From the NCBI GenBank assembly GCA_947374505.1, contig CANCCE010000001.1:1-43245 (forward strand): a DNA stretch of 43,245 bases, given 5' to 3'. Shown one piece after another: positions 9,112 through 17,798 of this stretch. Position 1 is the first letter of the stretch. Each line of letters starts with the position of its first letter. The position numbers were made by a program, and so were the translations under genes. The notes under the pieces were generated by a model. The model was not told where the DNA came from, did not search any database, and saw only the letters and a program-made list of their open reading frames with translations. Source of the stretch: Comamonadaceae bacterium (GTDB taxonomy: Bacteria; Pseudomonadota; Gammaproteobacteria; Burkholderiales; Burkholderiaceae_C).

Positions 9112-10752
9112 ATGCGTCATTCGGACCAATACCGCACCCATAAAATTCGTGACCTGACGATGGGTCATGTCCTCGCAGAGCAGGTCGCGAAAAATGGCGA
9201 CAAGGTGTTTTTAAATTATCTTCCGGATGGGCGTCACTACACTTTTCGTGATCTTGATCGATTCAGCAATAAATTGGCTAATGGGCTTCTTGCGCAAGGT
9301 TTGGGGCCTGGGTCTCACGTCGCCATCTTGATGGAGAATTGCCCGGAACAAGTGCTTAGCTTTTTCGCACTTGGCAAGATCGGCGCCGTTGCAGTTCCTA
9401 TCAATGCAGCAGTTCGAGGAGACCTGCTTCATTATTTTTTAGACCAATCGGATTCAACCGCCCTATTTGTAGAGGCGCGTTTCCTTGAGCGTGTTCTTGC
9501 GCTTGGACCGACCTTGGCGAAGACTGTTCGTCTGGTGGTAGTCGTTCCTGATAGCAGCCCACAGACGTCGATGGAACGCTACGGCGATTGGCATTGCGTC
9601 GATTTTTCTAGCTTGATGGTGTCCAGTGAAGAACCCCCACCTGTCGATGTGAGTTTCCGGGACATGGCCATGATCATGTACACCTCCGGCACGACTGGCC
9701 CCTCGAAAGGCTGCAGCTTTAGCCAAGTGCGCACTTTTTTGTGGGGCATGAGTCATGCCGAGGCACTTGGCTATCGGTGCACCGATATTTTCTACGTCTG
9801 TATGCCGCTGTTCCATGTCAGCGCGCTACTGGGCAGCGTCTACAACGCATTGACAAGCGGTGCATCCGTTGTACTTCAGCGTGGTTTCTCAGCGTCGCGC
9901 TTCTGGGATGATGTTCGCGATGCAGGTGCGACAGTCGCCAACATGCAAGGTTCAATGGCCAACATACTTTGGGGCCGACTGCCATCGCCGAATGACGGAA
10001 ACCACAAACTCCGCATGTGTCAGGTTTCACCCTGCCCAGAGTTCGCTTTGGATTTTGAGGAGCGCTTCCGAATGCGATTCGTGTCGGGTTATGGCCTGAC
10101 CGATTACAACTCGTCCCATGCGTTAACGTTGTCTGATCCGGTCTGGAAGCTGGGATCAGCGGGCCGTGTTCGCCGCGGCGTTGAGGCGAGGATCGTTGAT
10201 GAGGATGATTTCGATGTGCCGACCAATCAGGTGGGCGAACTCATCCTGCGCGATAACAACCCATGGGGAGCCGGCGAGGGCTATTACAAGATGCCTGAGG
10301 CGTCGATGGCAAGCTTGCGTAACGGCTGGTTTCATACGGGAGACAATGCCCGTATTGACGAGGACGGGTACATGTGGTTTATCGGTCGTGGCAAGGACTC
10401 GATCCGGCGCCGTGGCGAAAACATTTCCGCCTTCGAGGTTGAGCAGGTCGTCAAGAAACACCCTGCCGTGATGGATGCGGCGGCCTTCCCAATCAGGTCG
10501 GAACTCGGTGAAGATGACGTGGCCATCGCGATCGTGCTGCGTTCCGGGCATTCACTTGGCGAAGTGGATCTGATTGAGTATTGTTCAGCCAACATGGCTT
10601 ATTTCATGGTTCCCCGTTATGTTCGATGGGTTTCAGATCTGCCTCGTACGCTTAGCCACAAAGTACAGAAGTTCAAGCTCAGGGAAGAGAGCGAAGCGGA
10701 TCGGGCATCTCTATGGGACCGAGATGCCGCTGGTGTCGTGCTGGGCCGCTGA
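9112..10752 (+). CDS. ATP-dependent acyl-CoA ligase (CaiC/crotonobetaine-carnitine CoA ligase-like)
   Basis: YTSGTTGPSKG P-loop, GYGLTD, WFHTGD, RGKDSIRRRGENIS, PRT..KVQK. Confidence 0.92.
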   Translation: MRHSDQYRTHKIRDLTMGHVLAEQVAKNGDKVFLNYLPDGRHYTFRDLDRFSNKLANGLLAQGLGPGSHVAILMENCPEQVLSFFALGKIGAVAVPINAAVRGDLLHYFLDQSDSTALFVEARFLERVLALGPTLAKTVRLVVVVPDSSPQTSMERYGDWHCVDFSSLMVSSEEPPPVDVSFRDMAMIMYTSGTTGPSKGCSFSQVRTFLWGMSHAEALGYRCTDIFYVCMPLFHVSALLGSVYNALTSGASVVLQRGFSASRFWDDVRDAGATVANMQGSMANILWGRLPSPNDGNHKLRMCQVSPCPEFALDFEERFRMRFVSGYGLTDYNSSHALTLSDPVWKLGSAGRVRRGVEARIVDEDDFDVPTNQVGELILRDNNPWGAGEGYYKMPEASMASLRNGWFHTGDNARIDEDGYMWFIGRGKDSIRRRGENISAFEVEQVVKKHPAVMDAAAFPIRSELGEDDVAIAIVLRSGHSLGEVDLIEYCSANMAYFMVPRYVRWVSDLPRTLSHKVQKFKLREESEADRASLWDRDAAGVVLGR

Positions 10753-10802
10753 CCTTCGCCATGCATTTGTCTGGACATGTCTAGGCTGAAGCTTGACGTT
10801 GT

Positions 10803-11669
10803 TTATCTCCGTTGGGCAGGTGCTGCGCTGGGAGAACCGAGCATCAGTGCAATTGTTGACGCCACAACCTTCAAGGCTGGTGCAACTTTGCCGGCCAGTT
10901 TGTCGCGCGTCATTGAAGAGCGAACACCTCCGCAAGTGATCGCCATGACATGGGTGCCGTCAGGCGAAATAACAGGAACGCCCACGGCGTTGATGTCTTT
11001 ATGGGAGCGCCCCAGATTAAAGACGTAGCCCGCTGTGCTGTACTCCGACTGGGCCGAGGTGATGTCTTTCTGGATCTCATCCCAGTATTCAGGATTCTCA
11101 GCCTTCAACAACTTCATCAGTGGGGCCCGCGTCTCTGTGTCGATGGCCGACAGGTAGGCTAAGCCCAGAGATGATTGGCCGATACTCAAACTGGAACCGA
11201 TGTGCAAGTCGACCTTCACGATGTTGGGTGCTTCGCTGCGCTGCACGATGATCATGTGAGTGCCATGGCGTTCTGCGAGCGATACAGAGGCGTCAAATTC
11301 GTCAGCGAGTTGTTTGAGCAGTGGCAACGCGGCTTGCGCGATACCGTCATGCAGGACAGCCGCGTGCCCAAGCAATAAAACACCGGCCCCCACGCGCAGC
11401 CGATCGGGAGAGCGCCCTGGTGTGAGGCAGCCGTATTTGGACAGGGTGTAGCACAGGCGCCAGACCGTTGACTGGGCCATGCCCGTCATGCGAGCAATCT
11501 CCGTTGTTCCCAGTTCCTGCTTTTCGGGTGTGAAACAGCGCAGTATGTCCAAGCCGCGGCCTAAGGCTGTGACGAAATTCGGGTCTTTGTCCAATGGGCT
11601 CTTCCAAGAAAGCAAGAAAGCGCGAATGATGGGTTTGCACTCGTTGACAGCTATTTCATCGCCATCCAT
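10803..11669 (-). CDS. IclR-family transcriptional regulator
   Basis: FVTALGRGLDILRCF, HTH EIARMTGMAQSTVWRLCYTL, C-terminal INAVGVPV. Start codon uncertain. Confidence 0.92.
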   Translation of the reverse strand: MDGDEIAVNECKPIIRAFLLSWKSPLDKDPNFVTALGRGLDILRCFTPEKQELGTTEIARMTGMAQSTVWRLCYTLSKYGCLTPGRSPDRLRVGAGVLLLGHAAVLHDGIAQAALPLLKQLADEFDASVSLAERHGTHMIIVQRSEAPNIVKVDLHIGSSLSIGQSSLGLAYLSAIDTETRAPLMKLLKAENPEYWDEIQKDITSAQSEYSTAGYVFNLGRSHKDINAVGVPVISPDGTHVMAITCGGVRSSMTRDKLAGKVAPALKVVASTIALMLGSPSAAPAQRR

Positions 11670-11692
11670 AATCAACCCGCTAGATAGATTTT

Positions 11693-11711
11693 TAATCCAC
11701 CTGGCGGATTA
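11693..11711. promoter_or_regulatory. Putative IclR operator in the divergent promoter
   Basis: Imperfect palindrome TAATCCACCTGGCGGATTA in the 60-bp gap between iclR and the acyl-CoA dehydrogenase gene. Confidence 0.6.
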
Positions 11712-11729
11712 TATTGGGAATCGATAAGC

Positions 11730-12872
11730 ATGGAACTGAACTGCACCCCGGACCTCGCCGAAATGCGTCCAACCATCCGTCACTTTGTGACTGAGCGCAT
11801 GGAGCCCCTTGCGCGTGCCATTGATTCGACCGGGGTCATTCCAGAAAGTGTCATTGCGGAAATGCGCGATCAGGGCTATTTGGGGATGCGGCTGCCATCA
11901 GACGTTGGCGGCGGAGACTTCGATCTGTCGACCTACTGTCTGGTGATGGAGGAAATGGGGCGGTCGCACCGCGTCTTCACGTTGATGATGGATGCATCAA
12001 GCGGTCTGACTCCAAATGCAATCTCCAAATTCGGCAGCGCGGAGCAGCGCAACAAATACCTTCCCAAACTTGCGAATGGCATTTGGTCTGCGTCCTTCGG
12101 GTTAACCGAGCCAGACGCGGGATCGGATGCTGGCGCTTTACGCACAAAAGCCGAGAAGCGCGAAGGCGGATGGGTCATCAACGGCTTCAAGCACTACATC
12201 AGCGGGGCACACCGCGCGCGGGTGATCATGGTGCTGGCAGTCACGGATCCAAGCAAGCGCTCACGCGGAGGCATTACAGCTTTCCTGGTGGATAAAGATA
12301 CGACTGGAATGAGCATCGATCGGATCGACAAAACCATGGGTTCTGATCCGATCCAGTTGTCGGAGATACGTTTGGAGGAATGCTTTGTCCCTGACGACGC
12401 CGTCTTAGGTGAGGTTGGGCAAGGCTTTCCTATCGCCATGAGTTCCCTGGTCAGTGGCCGCATGGGCGTTTCATCCGCATGCATAGGGACAGCAGATCGC
12501 TTGATCGAGATGGCGGTTGAGCATGCGAAGACGCGGCAGACTTTTGGAAAACCATTAGCCGAACGCCAAGCTATTCAATGGATGCTGGCTGATGCAGCGG
12601 TTGAACTCTCCTTGGCAAGGGCGCTGGCCTACGAGACTTTGCGCCGAATTGATGCGGGCGAGGACGTCGGCACGGCACCCAGCATGGTCAAGCTCTTTTG
12701 CTCCGAAATGGTAGGCCGTGTGGCCGACAGCGTGGTTCAAATTTTCGGTGGTGCGGGTTTGATCCGCGGTGTTCCTGTGGAACGCTTCTACCGAGACGTG
12801 CGTCACTATCGCATCGGCGAGGGCGCCTCCGAAGTTCAGCGCATGCTGATCGCCCGCGAACTCTTCAAGTAA
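11730..12872 (+). CDS. Acyl-CoA dehydrogenase
   Basis: FGLTEPDAGSD, INGFKHYIS, RQTFGKPL, VQIFGGAG, RIGEGASEVQR. Confidence 0.95.
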   Translation: MELNCTPDLAEMRPTIRHFVTERMEPLARAIDSTGVIPESVIAEMRDQGYLGMRLPSDVGGGDFDLSTYCLVMEEMGRSHRVFTLMMDASSGLTPNAISKFGSAEQRNKYLPKLANGIWSASFGLTEPDAGSDAGALRTKAEKREGGWVINGFKHYISGAHRARVIMVLAVTDPSKRSRGGITAFLVDKDTTGMSIDRIDKTMGSDPIQLSEIRLEECFVPDDAVLGEVGQGFPIAMSSLVSGRMGVSSACIGTADRLIEMAVEHAKTRQTFGKPLAERQAIQWMLADAAVELSLARALAYETLRRIDAGEDVGTAPSMVKLFCSEMVGRVADSVVQIFGGAGLIRGVPVERFYRDVRHYRIGEGASEVQRMLIARELFK

Positions 12873-12915
12873 ACGTTTTACGAATTCCTTCAACTCGCTC
12901 AACCTTGGACATGTC

Positions 12916-13905
12916 ATGACCTTCATCCTTGCTCAATTTGCTTCGTGCATCGTGCGAACGATCGGCGTCACAAGCCTTGCATTCATCTCGCTTCAAGCCT
13001 TAGCTCAAGATGTCTACCCGAACCGACCTGTCGTCGTCGTCAGTCCATGGGCGGCCGGCGGTCCTGCTGAGGCCATCATCCGTCCAATCGCGGAAAAGTT
13101 GACTCAACGTTTGGGCCAGCAATTTGTGGTTGACAGTAAGGGCGGCGCTAACGGCACCATTGGTGCCGCGGTGGTTGCACGCGCAAAGGCGGATGGTTAC
13201 ACACTTCTTTTTTCGCATGTTGGACCCATCGCTATCAGCCCTTCGTTGCCGAACAAGCCACCCTACGATCCAATCAAAGACTTTGCACCTATTACCCAAA
13301 TCGCATCGGGTCCGACTGTCTTGGTCGTGCGTTCCGATTTCCCTGCAAAAAATCTTAAGGAGCTGGTCGAATTTGCCAAGAAAAATCCTGGCAAAGTTTC
13401 ATACGGATCCGTAGGCATCGGCAGTACAACCCATCTGGCCGGCGCGACACTTGCGCGCATGACAGGCACCGAAATGATTCATGTTCCTTATCGCGGATCA
13501 GCCTTGATCAACACCGATATTTTGGGCGGTCAAATCACCTCCGGGTTTGTGAACGTCGCTGGCGTCATGGCCTTAATCAACGATGGCAAGTTGCGGCCTA
13601 TTGCCGTGAGCACGATCAAGCGCAGCAGCGTGCTGCCCAATGTGCCGAGCGTCGCAGAAATGCTGCCTGGCTTCGAAGTGAATTCCTGGTACGGGTTGAT
13701 GGCTCCGGCGAACACGCCACCTGCGGTCATCCAGAAACTGAACGCACAGGTGTTGGAAATCCTCAAGATGCCGGACATCGTCGCCCGCATGAAGGACAAC
13801 GGCTTAGAGCCAGAAGGCACTTCTCCAGAGGTCACTGCCGCAGGCATCAAGGCCGACATTGCTCGTTGGGCTGTGGCCATCAAAGCTGCCGACATTAAGG
13901 AATGA
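12916..13905 (+). CDS. Bug/TctC substrate-binding protein
   Basis: YPNRPV...PWAAGG, DGYTLLF, YGSVGIGSTTHL, HVPYRG. Confidence 0.93.
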   Translation: MTFILAQFASCIVRTIGVTSLAFISLQALAQDVYPNRPVVVVSPWAAGGPAEAIIRPIAEKLTQRLGQQFVVDSKGGANGTIGAAVVARAKADGYTLLFSHVGPIAISPSLPNKPPYDPIKDFAPITQIASGPTVLVVRSDFPAKNLKELVEFAKKNPGKVSYGSVGIGSTTHLAGATLARMTGTEMIHVPYRGSALINTDILGGQITSGFVNVAGVMALINDGKLRPIAVSTIKRSSVLPNVPSVAEMLPGFEVNSWYGLMAPANTPPAVIQKLNAQVLEILKMPDIVARMKDNGLEPEGTSPEVTAAGIKADIARWAVAIKAADIKE

Positions 13906-13909
13906 ACGC

Positions 13910-14815
13910 TTGAGCTTGCCGTCAAAATCTACTGTTACGACGCCGGCCCGTTCCGCGCGCATCAAACGCGGGTTTGTCAGCGTGGACGAAGGCCAAATCC
14001 ATTACCGTGAAGCTGGCCAGACGACTGTCGCATCGCCCATGCCCTTGGTCATGCTCCACGCATCGCCGGGCTCAGCCAAGATGCTCGAGCCTTTGATTGG
14101 AGCTCTTGCACTGAAACGACGGGTTGTCGCCACGGACACACTCGGAAATGGTGATTCTTCTGCGCCCTTCGGCGAAGCCCCAGATATTTCATATTTTGCA
14201 GAGGCTCACCTGAGAGCGATGGACGCTTTAGCGATCGATCAATTCGATCTCTATGGCAGTCACACGGGTGCCAACATCGCGATTGAAATGGCGATCACCC
14301 ACCCAAGGCGTGTCAATCGACTCATTCTTGATGGCGTATCGCTCTACAGCGATGCCGAGCGTGCAGACATGCTGGAGAACTATGCGCCGGACGTCAAGAT
14401 TGATCTGACCGGAAGTCAGTTTCAGCATATCTGGCACTTCGTTCGCGACGTTTATCTTTTTTGGCCTTGGTACAAACGCGAGGCCTCTCACCGACGTGAT
14501 CTGGGCCTGCCGACTGCTGATGAGCTCCATGACAAGGTGATCGAAGTGCTGAAGGCGACGCGCACATTTCCCAAGGTTTATCGTGCGGCCATCGGTTACG
14601 ACAAAGCTCCTAGGCTGCCATTGGTCGGGGTTCCCACGCTGCTCGCGTGCGCCAGAACGGACATGTTCATGGCGTACTTCGAACGTGTTGGTGACCTGAT
14701 GCCTGGCGCTGTCAGGCAGGTCACTGAGGGAATCGGTACTTTTAAACAGTTGAGCATTACTGCCCTGCAGTTTGAAGAATTTTTAGACGCTGGCATTCCA
14801 CGAGGACACATCTGA
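13910..14815 (+). CDS. Alpha/beta-fold hydrolase-like protein with non-canonical nucleophile elbow (GSHTG)
   Basis: GQIHYREAG, PLVMLHASP, VVATDTLGNGDS, LYGSHTGA, PRRVNRLIL. TTG start at 13910 after AAGGA. Confidence 0.85.
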   Translation: MSLPSKSTVTTPARSARIKRGFVSVDEGQIHYREAGQTTVASPMPLVMLHASPGSAKMLEPLIGALALKRRVVATDTLGNGDSSAPFGEAPDISYFAEAHLRAMDALAIDQFDLYGSHTGANIAIEMAITHPRRVNRLILDGVSLYSDAERADMLENYAPDVKIDLTGSQFQHIWHFVRDVYLFWPWYKREASHRRDLGLPTADELHDKVIEVLKATRTFPKVYRAAIGYDKAPRLPLVGVPTLLACARTDMFMAYFERVGDLMPGAVRQVTEGIGTFKQLSITALQFEEFLDAGIPRGHI

Positions 14816-15708
14816 TGAGTAATTCCTATGACATCCAAGCCATCGATGCAGTGGTCAACATTTGGACGCCCGAAACACTGGCGATTCGTCCCAATAGGGA
14901 TGCATTTTTTGGCGGGAAAATGAACGTGCGGGATGAGACGCTTAAAGGCGTCCCCCACGAGGAGATGCTGCGGCGCATGGATGCCGCAGGGATTGAAAGA
15001 TCCTTTCTGGTTGCAAGCAAGGTCGGCCCCTGGATGCACAAAGCCAGTTACCACATTCCCTACGAGTTGGTGGCAGAGGCGGTCAATCGCTTTCCAGATC
15101 GCTTTTATGGCCTCGCCGGCCTAGACCCCACTGAGGGTATGGACGGTGTGCGATTGCTTGAAAAAGGTGTCAAGGAATATGGCTTCATCGGCGCTCACTT
15201 CTACCCGCACTGGTTCGAGCTGGCACCCGACCATGCAAAGTGGTATCCGTTCTACGCCAAGTGCGTTGAGCTGGGCATTCCTGTTCAACTTCAGGTTGGC
15301 CAGTCCATGTTGTACGACCCGAACCATCGTCTTCGAAGCGTTGGCCGTCCGATCACATTGGATGCGGTCGCCTGTGACTTCCCTGAGCTGAAGTTGATCG
15401 GTATCCATGTCGGCGTGCCATGGACAGAAGAAATGATCGCGATGGCGTGGAAGCACCCCAATGTATTCATTGGCACCGATGCCCATGCGCCGAAATATTG
15501 GCCTGAGTCGTTTATTCAATACATCAACACTTTCGGCCAAGACAAAGTCATCTTCGGTACCGACTTCCCGGTCTTGGATTTCGTCAAAACCCGTGAACAG
15601 GTTGAAGCGCTTGAGCTGCGACCTATACCCAAACGCAAGATGCTGCGAGACAACGCGTTGCGCATTTACGGCTTGGATGCGAACGGTAAAAAACGGGATA
15701 AAAATTGA
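14815..15708 (+). CDS. Amidohydrolase-2 family protein with altered metal-binding motif
   Basis: PDRFYGLAGLDP, YPFYAKCVELGIPV, DFPELKLIGIHVGVPW, KVIFGTDFP, NALRIYGL. Confidence 0.88.
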   Translation: MSNSYDIQAIDAVVNIWTPETLAIRPNRDAFFGGKMNVRDETLKGVPHEEMLRRMDAAGIERSFLVASKVGPWMHKASYHIPYELVAEAVNRFPDRFYGLAGLDPTEGMDGVRLLEKGVKEYGFIGAHFYPHWFELAPDHAKWYPFYAKCVELGIPVQLQVGQSMLYDPNHRLRSVGRPITLDAVACDFPELKLIGIHVGVPWTEEMIAMAWKHPNVFIGTDAHAPKYWPESFIQYINTFGQDKVIFGTDFPVLDFVKTREQVEALELRPIPKRKMLRDNALRIYGLDANGKKRDKN

Positions 15709-17183
15709 AAGCGACCAACGACCCCGCACGCAACATTGCGGAGCAGTTGGCCCTTCATGCGAAACAGCGGCCGACCAAACCCGCCGTGACACATGGTCAA
15801 GTCACCTTGACTTATGCGGAGCTGGACTTGGCCGTTCGACAGAGGGCTGCCTGCCTTCAGGACCTTGGCGTTAAACCCGACTGTGTGGTTGGCATCGCAT
15901 TGCAAGACTCCATCGAATACGTCATCATGCTTTTCGCCGTGGCGCGTGCGGGTGCCATCATTCTTCCGCTGGACTGCCGATGGAAAGAGTTTGAGAAACA
16001 ACGCGTTGCGTCCCATTTCGAACCGGTGGCCGTGATGGTCGACCCCGGCGCAGCGTTTGAAGGCGTCCGCTGCATTGAAGTAGGTCCTGAATGGACCGCA
16101 ACTGCCGTGCTGTCAAACCCGGACCGTGAATTCCCGGATGGGGATCGCGGACTGGCGATGTCCCTGTCCTCAGGTACCACAGGAAGACCCAAGGGCCCCT
16201 TGGTGTCTCACCAAAAGTTTCTCAATAGATTCTGGACCCACTGGGTCGATCTCGGGTTTGGTAGCCGCGAAACTTACATCAACGCCACGCCGATGTACTT
16301 TGGTGGTGGCAGGGCTTTCACCATGTCCACGCTTTACGCCGGTGGAACGGTCGTGCTATTCCCTCCTCCCTATGATCCCGCGGCGTTAGCAGCTGAGGTG
16401 GAACGTACGGGTTCGACCGTGATGTTCTTAGTTCCGACCCTGTTGCGCCGCTTGCTGTCATGGGATCAAACGTCTTTGGCCGCCTTGAAGCGACTCAATA
16501 CCTTGGTCTCCTCTGGGTCGCCCCTCACCGCGTTGGAGAGAGTGCAAATTCGAGAGAACATCTGCCCCAACTTCATCGAGTATTACAGCTCGACCGAAGG
16601 TGGTGGCGTCAGCGTTTTGTCGCCTGACGATCAAAAGCATTTTGGAGATTCCGTCGGTCGTCCGGTCTTTGGTGTGGAGGTTCAAATCGTTGACGACGAT
16701 CACGTTGTCCAAGCACTTGGAACCGTGGGGCGCATTCGATACAGGGGGCCGGCGGTTGCGGACGGCTTTTACCGCGATGCGGAGTCGAGCGTTGAAGCCT
16801 TCAAGGACGGCTGGTTCTATCCAGGTGACCTCGGTAACTTCAACGAAGAAGGTTTTTTATTTCTAAAGGGACGGTCCAAGGACATGATCATCCGCGGCGG
16901 CATCAACATCTACCCTGTGGAGATTGAAGCGACGCTGCTTAATCATGAAGCCGTGGCAGATGCGGCGGTCGTTGGATGGCCCTCAAAGGAGTTTGACGAA
17001 GAAGTCGCCGCCTTCGTGATTTTGAACAAGTCGATCGATGCTGAAGAGTTGAAGCTAGTTTGCAAAGCTAAGCTGGCACCGTACAAGGTACCGCGTCAGA
17101 TATTCCTAGTCGAAGAACTCCCGCGTAATTCCTTGGGTAAGGTTCTGAAACCCGAACTTGTGAAACGTTTGCAGCCCCTTTGA
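15705..17183 (+). CDS. Class I adenylate-forming enzyme / acyl-CoA ligase
   Basis: SSGTTGRPKG, YSSTEGG, WFYPGDLG, GRSKDMIIRGGINIYP, LPRNSLGKVLK. TTG start overlaps the upstream stop. Confidence 0.92.
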   Translation: MKATNDPARNIAEQLALHAKQRPTKPAVTHGQVTLTYAELDLAVRQRAACLQDLGVKPDCVVGIALQDSIEYVIMLFAVARAGAIILPLDCRWKEFEKQRVASHFEPVAVMVDPGAAFEGVRCIEVGPEWTATAVLSNPDREFPDGDRGLAMSLSSGTTGRPKGPLVSHQKFLNRFWTHWVDLGFGSRETYINATPMYFGGGRAFTMSTLYAGGTVVLFPPPYDPAALAAEVERTGSTVMFLVPTLLRRLLSWDQTSLAALKRLNTLVSSGSPLTALERVQIRENICPNFIEYYSSTEGGGVSVLSPDDQKHFGDSVGRPVFGVEVQIVDDDHVVQALGTVGRIRYRGPAVADGFYRDAESSVEAFKDGWFYPGDLGNFNEEGFLFLKGRSKDMIIRGGINIYPVEIEATLLNHEAVADAAVVGWPSKEFDEEVAAFVILNKSIDAEELKLVCKAKLAPYKVPRQIFLVEELPRNSLGKVLKPELVKRLQPL

Positions 17184-17473
17184 CGGGGTACGGGGAGTCC
17201 TAGGCGGCTCTTCTCATAAAGTGTTGGTACACCTTGGAAGTGCCCGCAGTGAACTGCTCACATGTGGGCCCGCCAAGTTGTGCGGCATCGACCCAACGTA
17301 ACTTGATACGCGCAAGACACCTCGCTGACTGAAGGGCTGCTGCCGGTTTTGGCTGACATATGTTTGGGTTATTTCGACAATTCGCTCGCAGAAGTCTCGG
17401 CTAGGCTGTATTCAGTTGAAGCGGTGTCCTGATGAATTCATGAGGAATGGCGCATCATCGAGAGGAGTCCGCC

Positions 17474-17671
17474 ATGCATGATTTAGACCTTCGAATCGCT
17501 AACCGCGCAGGTTTGCAGGCGCAAGACTTGCCTTGGCACAGTGTTGAGTCGGAAGTTCCTAAACGGTCGCGCTGGCCTTTCAGGGTGAAACACAAAGACC
17601 AGAACACGCTGCCTGATAACGATTCATCTGCAGCGCCGAATGACAAGCCGACATTCAATTTCACGACGTGA
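17474..17671 (+). CDS. Small hypothetical protein (65 aa)
   Basis: Strong GAGGAG RBS 6 nt before ATG 17474; ORF ends 55 bp before a terminator. No recognisable motif. Confidence 0.35.
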   Translation: MHDLDLRIANRAGLQAQDLPWHSVESEVPKRSRWPFRVKHKDQNTLPDNDSSAAPNDKPTFNFTT

Positions 17672-17725
17672 CGTTCCGCTAGCTTGCGCTGTGTCAGCGC
17701 TAAGAGCGCGGTGTTTCTGCGTCGC

Positions 17726-17755
17726 AGAAAAACCGCCTTTTTGAGGCGGTTTTCT
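17726..17755. terminator. Bidirectional rho-independent terminator (metK and convergent small ORF)
   Basis: AAAACCGCCT-TTTTG-AGGCGGTTTT hairpin with A/T tracts on both sides. Confidence 0.75.
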
Positions 17756-17798
17756 TGTTCAGCGAAGGCATGGCGCCAAGCTGCGACTTCAAATGCTT

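Noticed and set aside
4660-13905. Similar 3' ends of two Bug genes (KAADIK) as a recent duplication
   Set aside because: Family-level conservation only; the proteins are otherwise divergent.
196-17204. CCTAGG at 196-201 and 17199-17204 as a target-site duplication or element ends
   Set aside because: CCTAGG occurs several more times inside the region, the flanks form no convincing inverted repeat, there is no transposase or integrase, and the sequence right of 17204 does not continue copA.
17302-17316. FNR-like box CTTGATACGCGCAAG
   Set aside because: The spacing is one base short of TTGAT-N4-ATCAA and the right half is degenerate.
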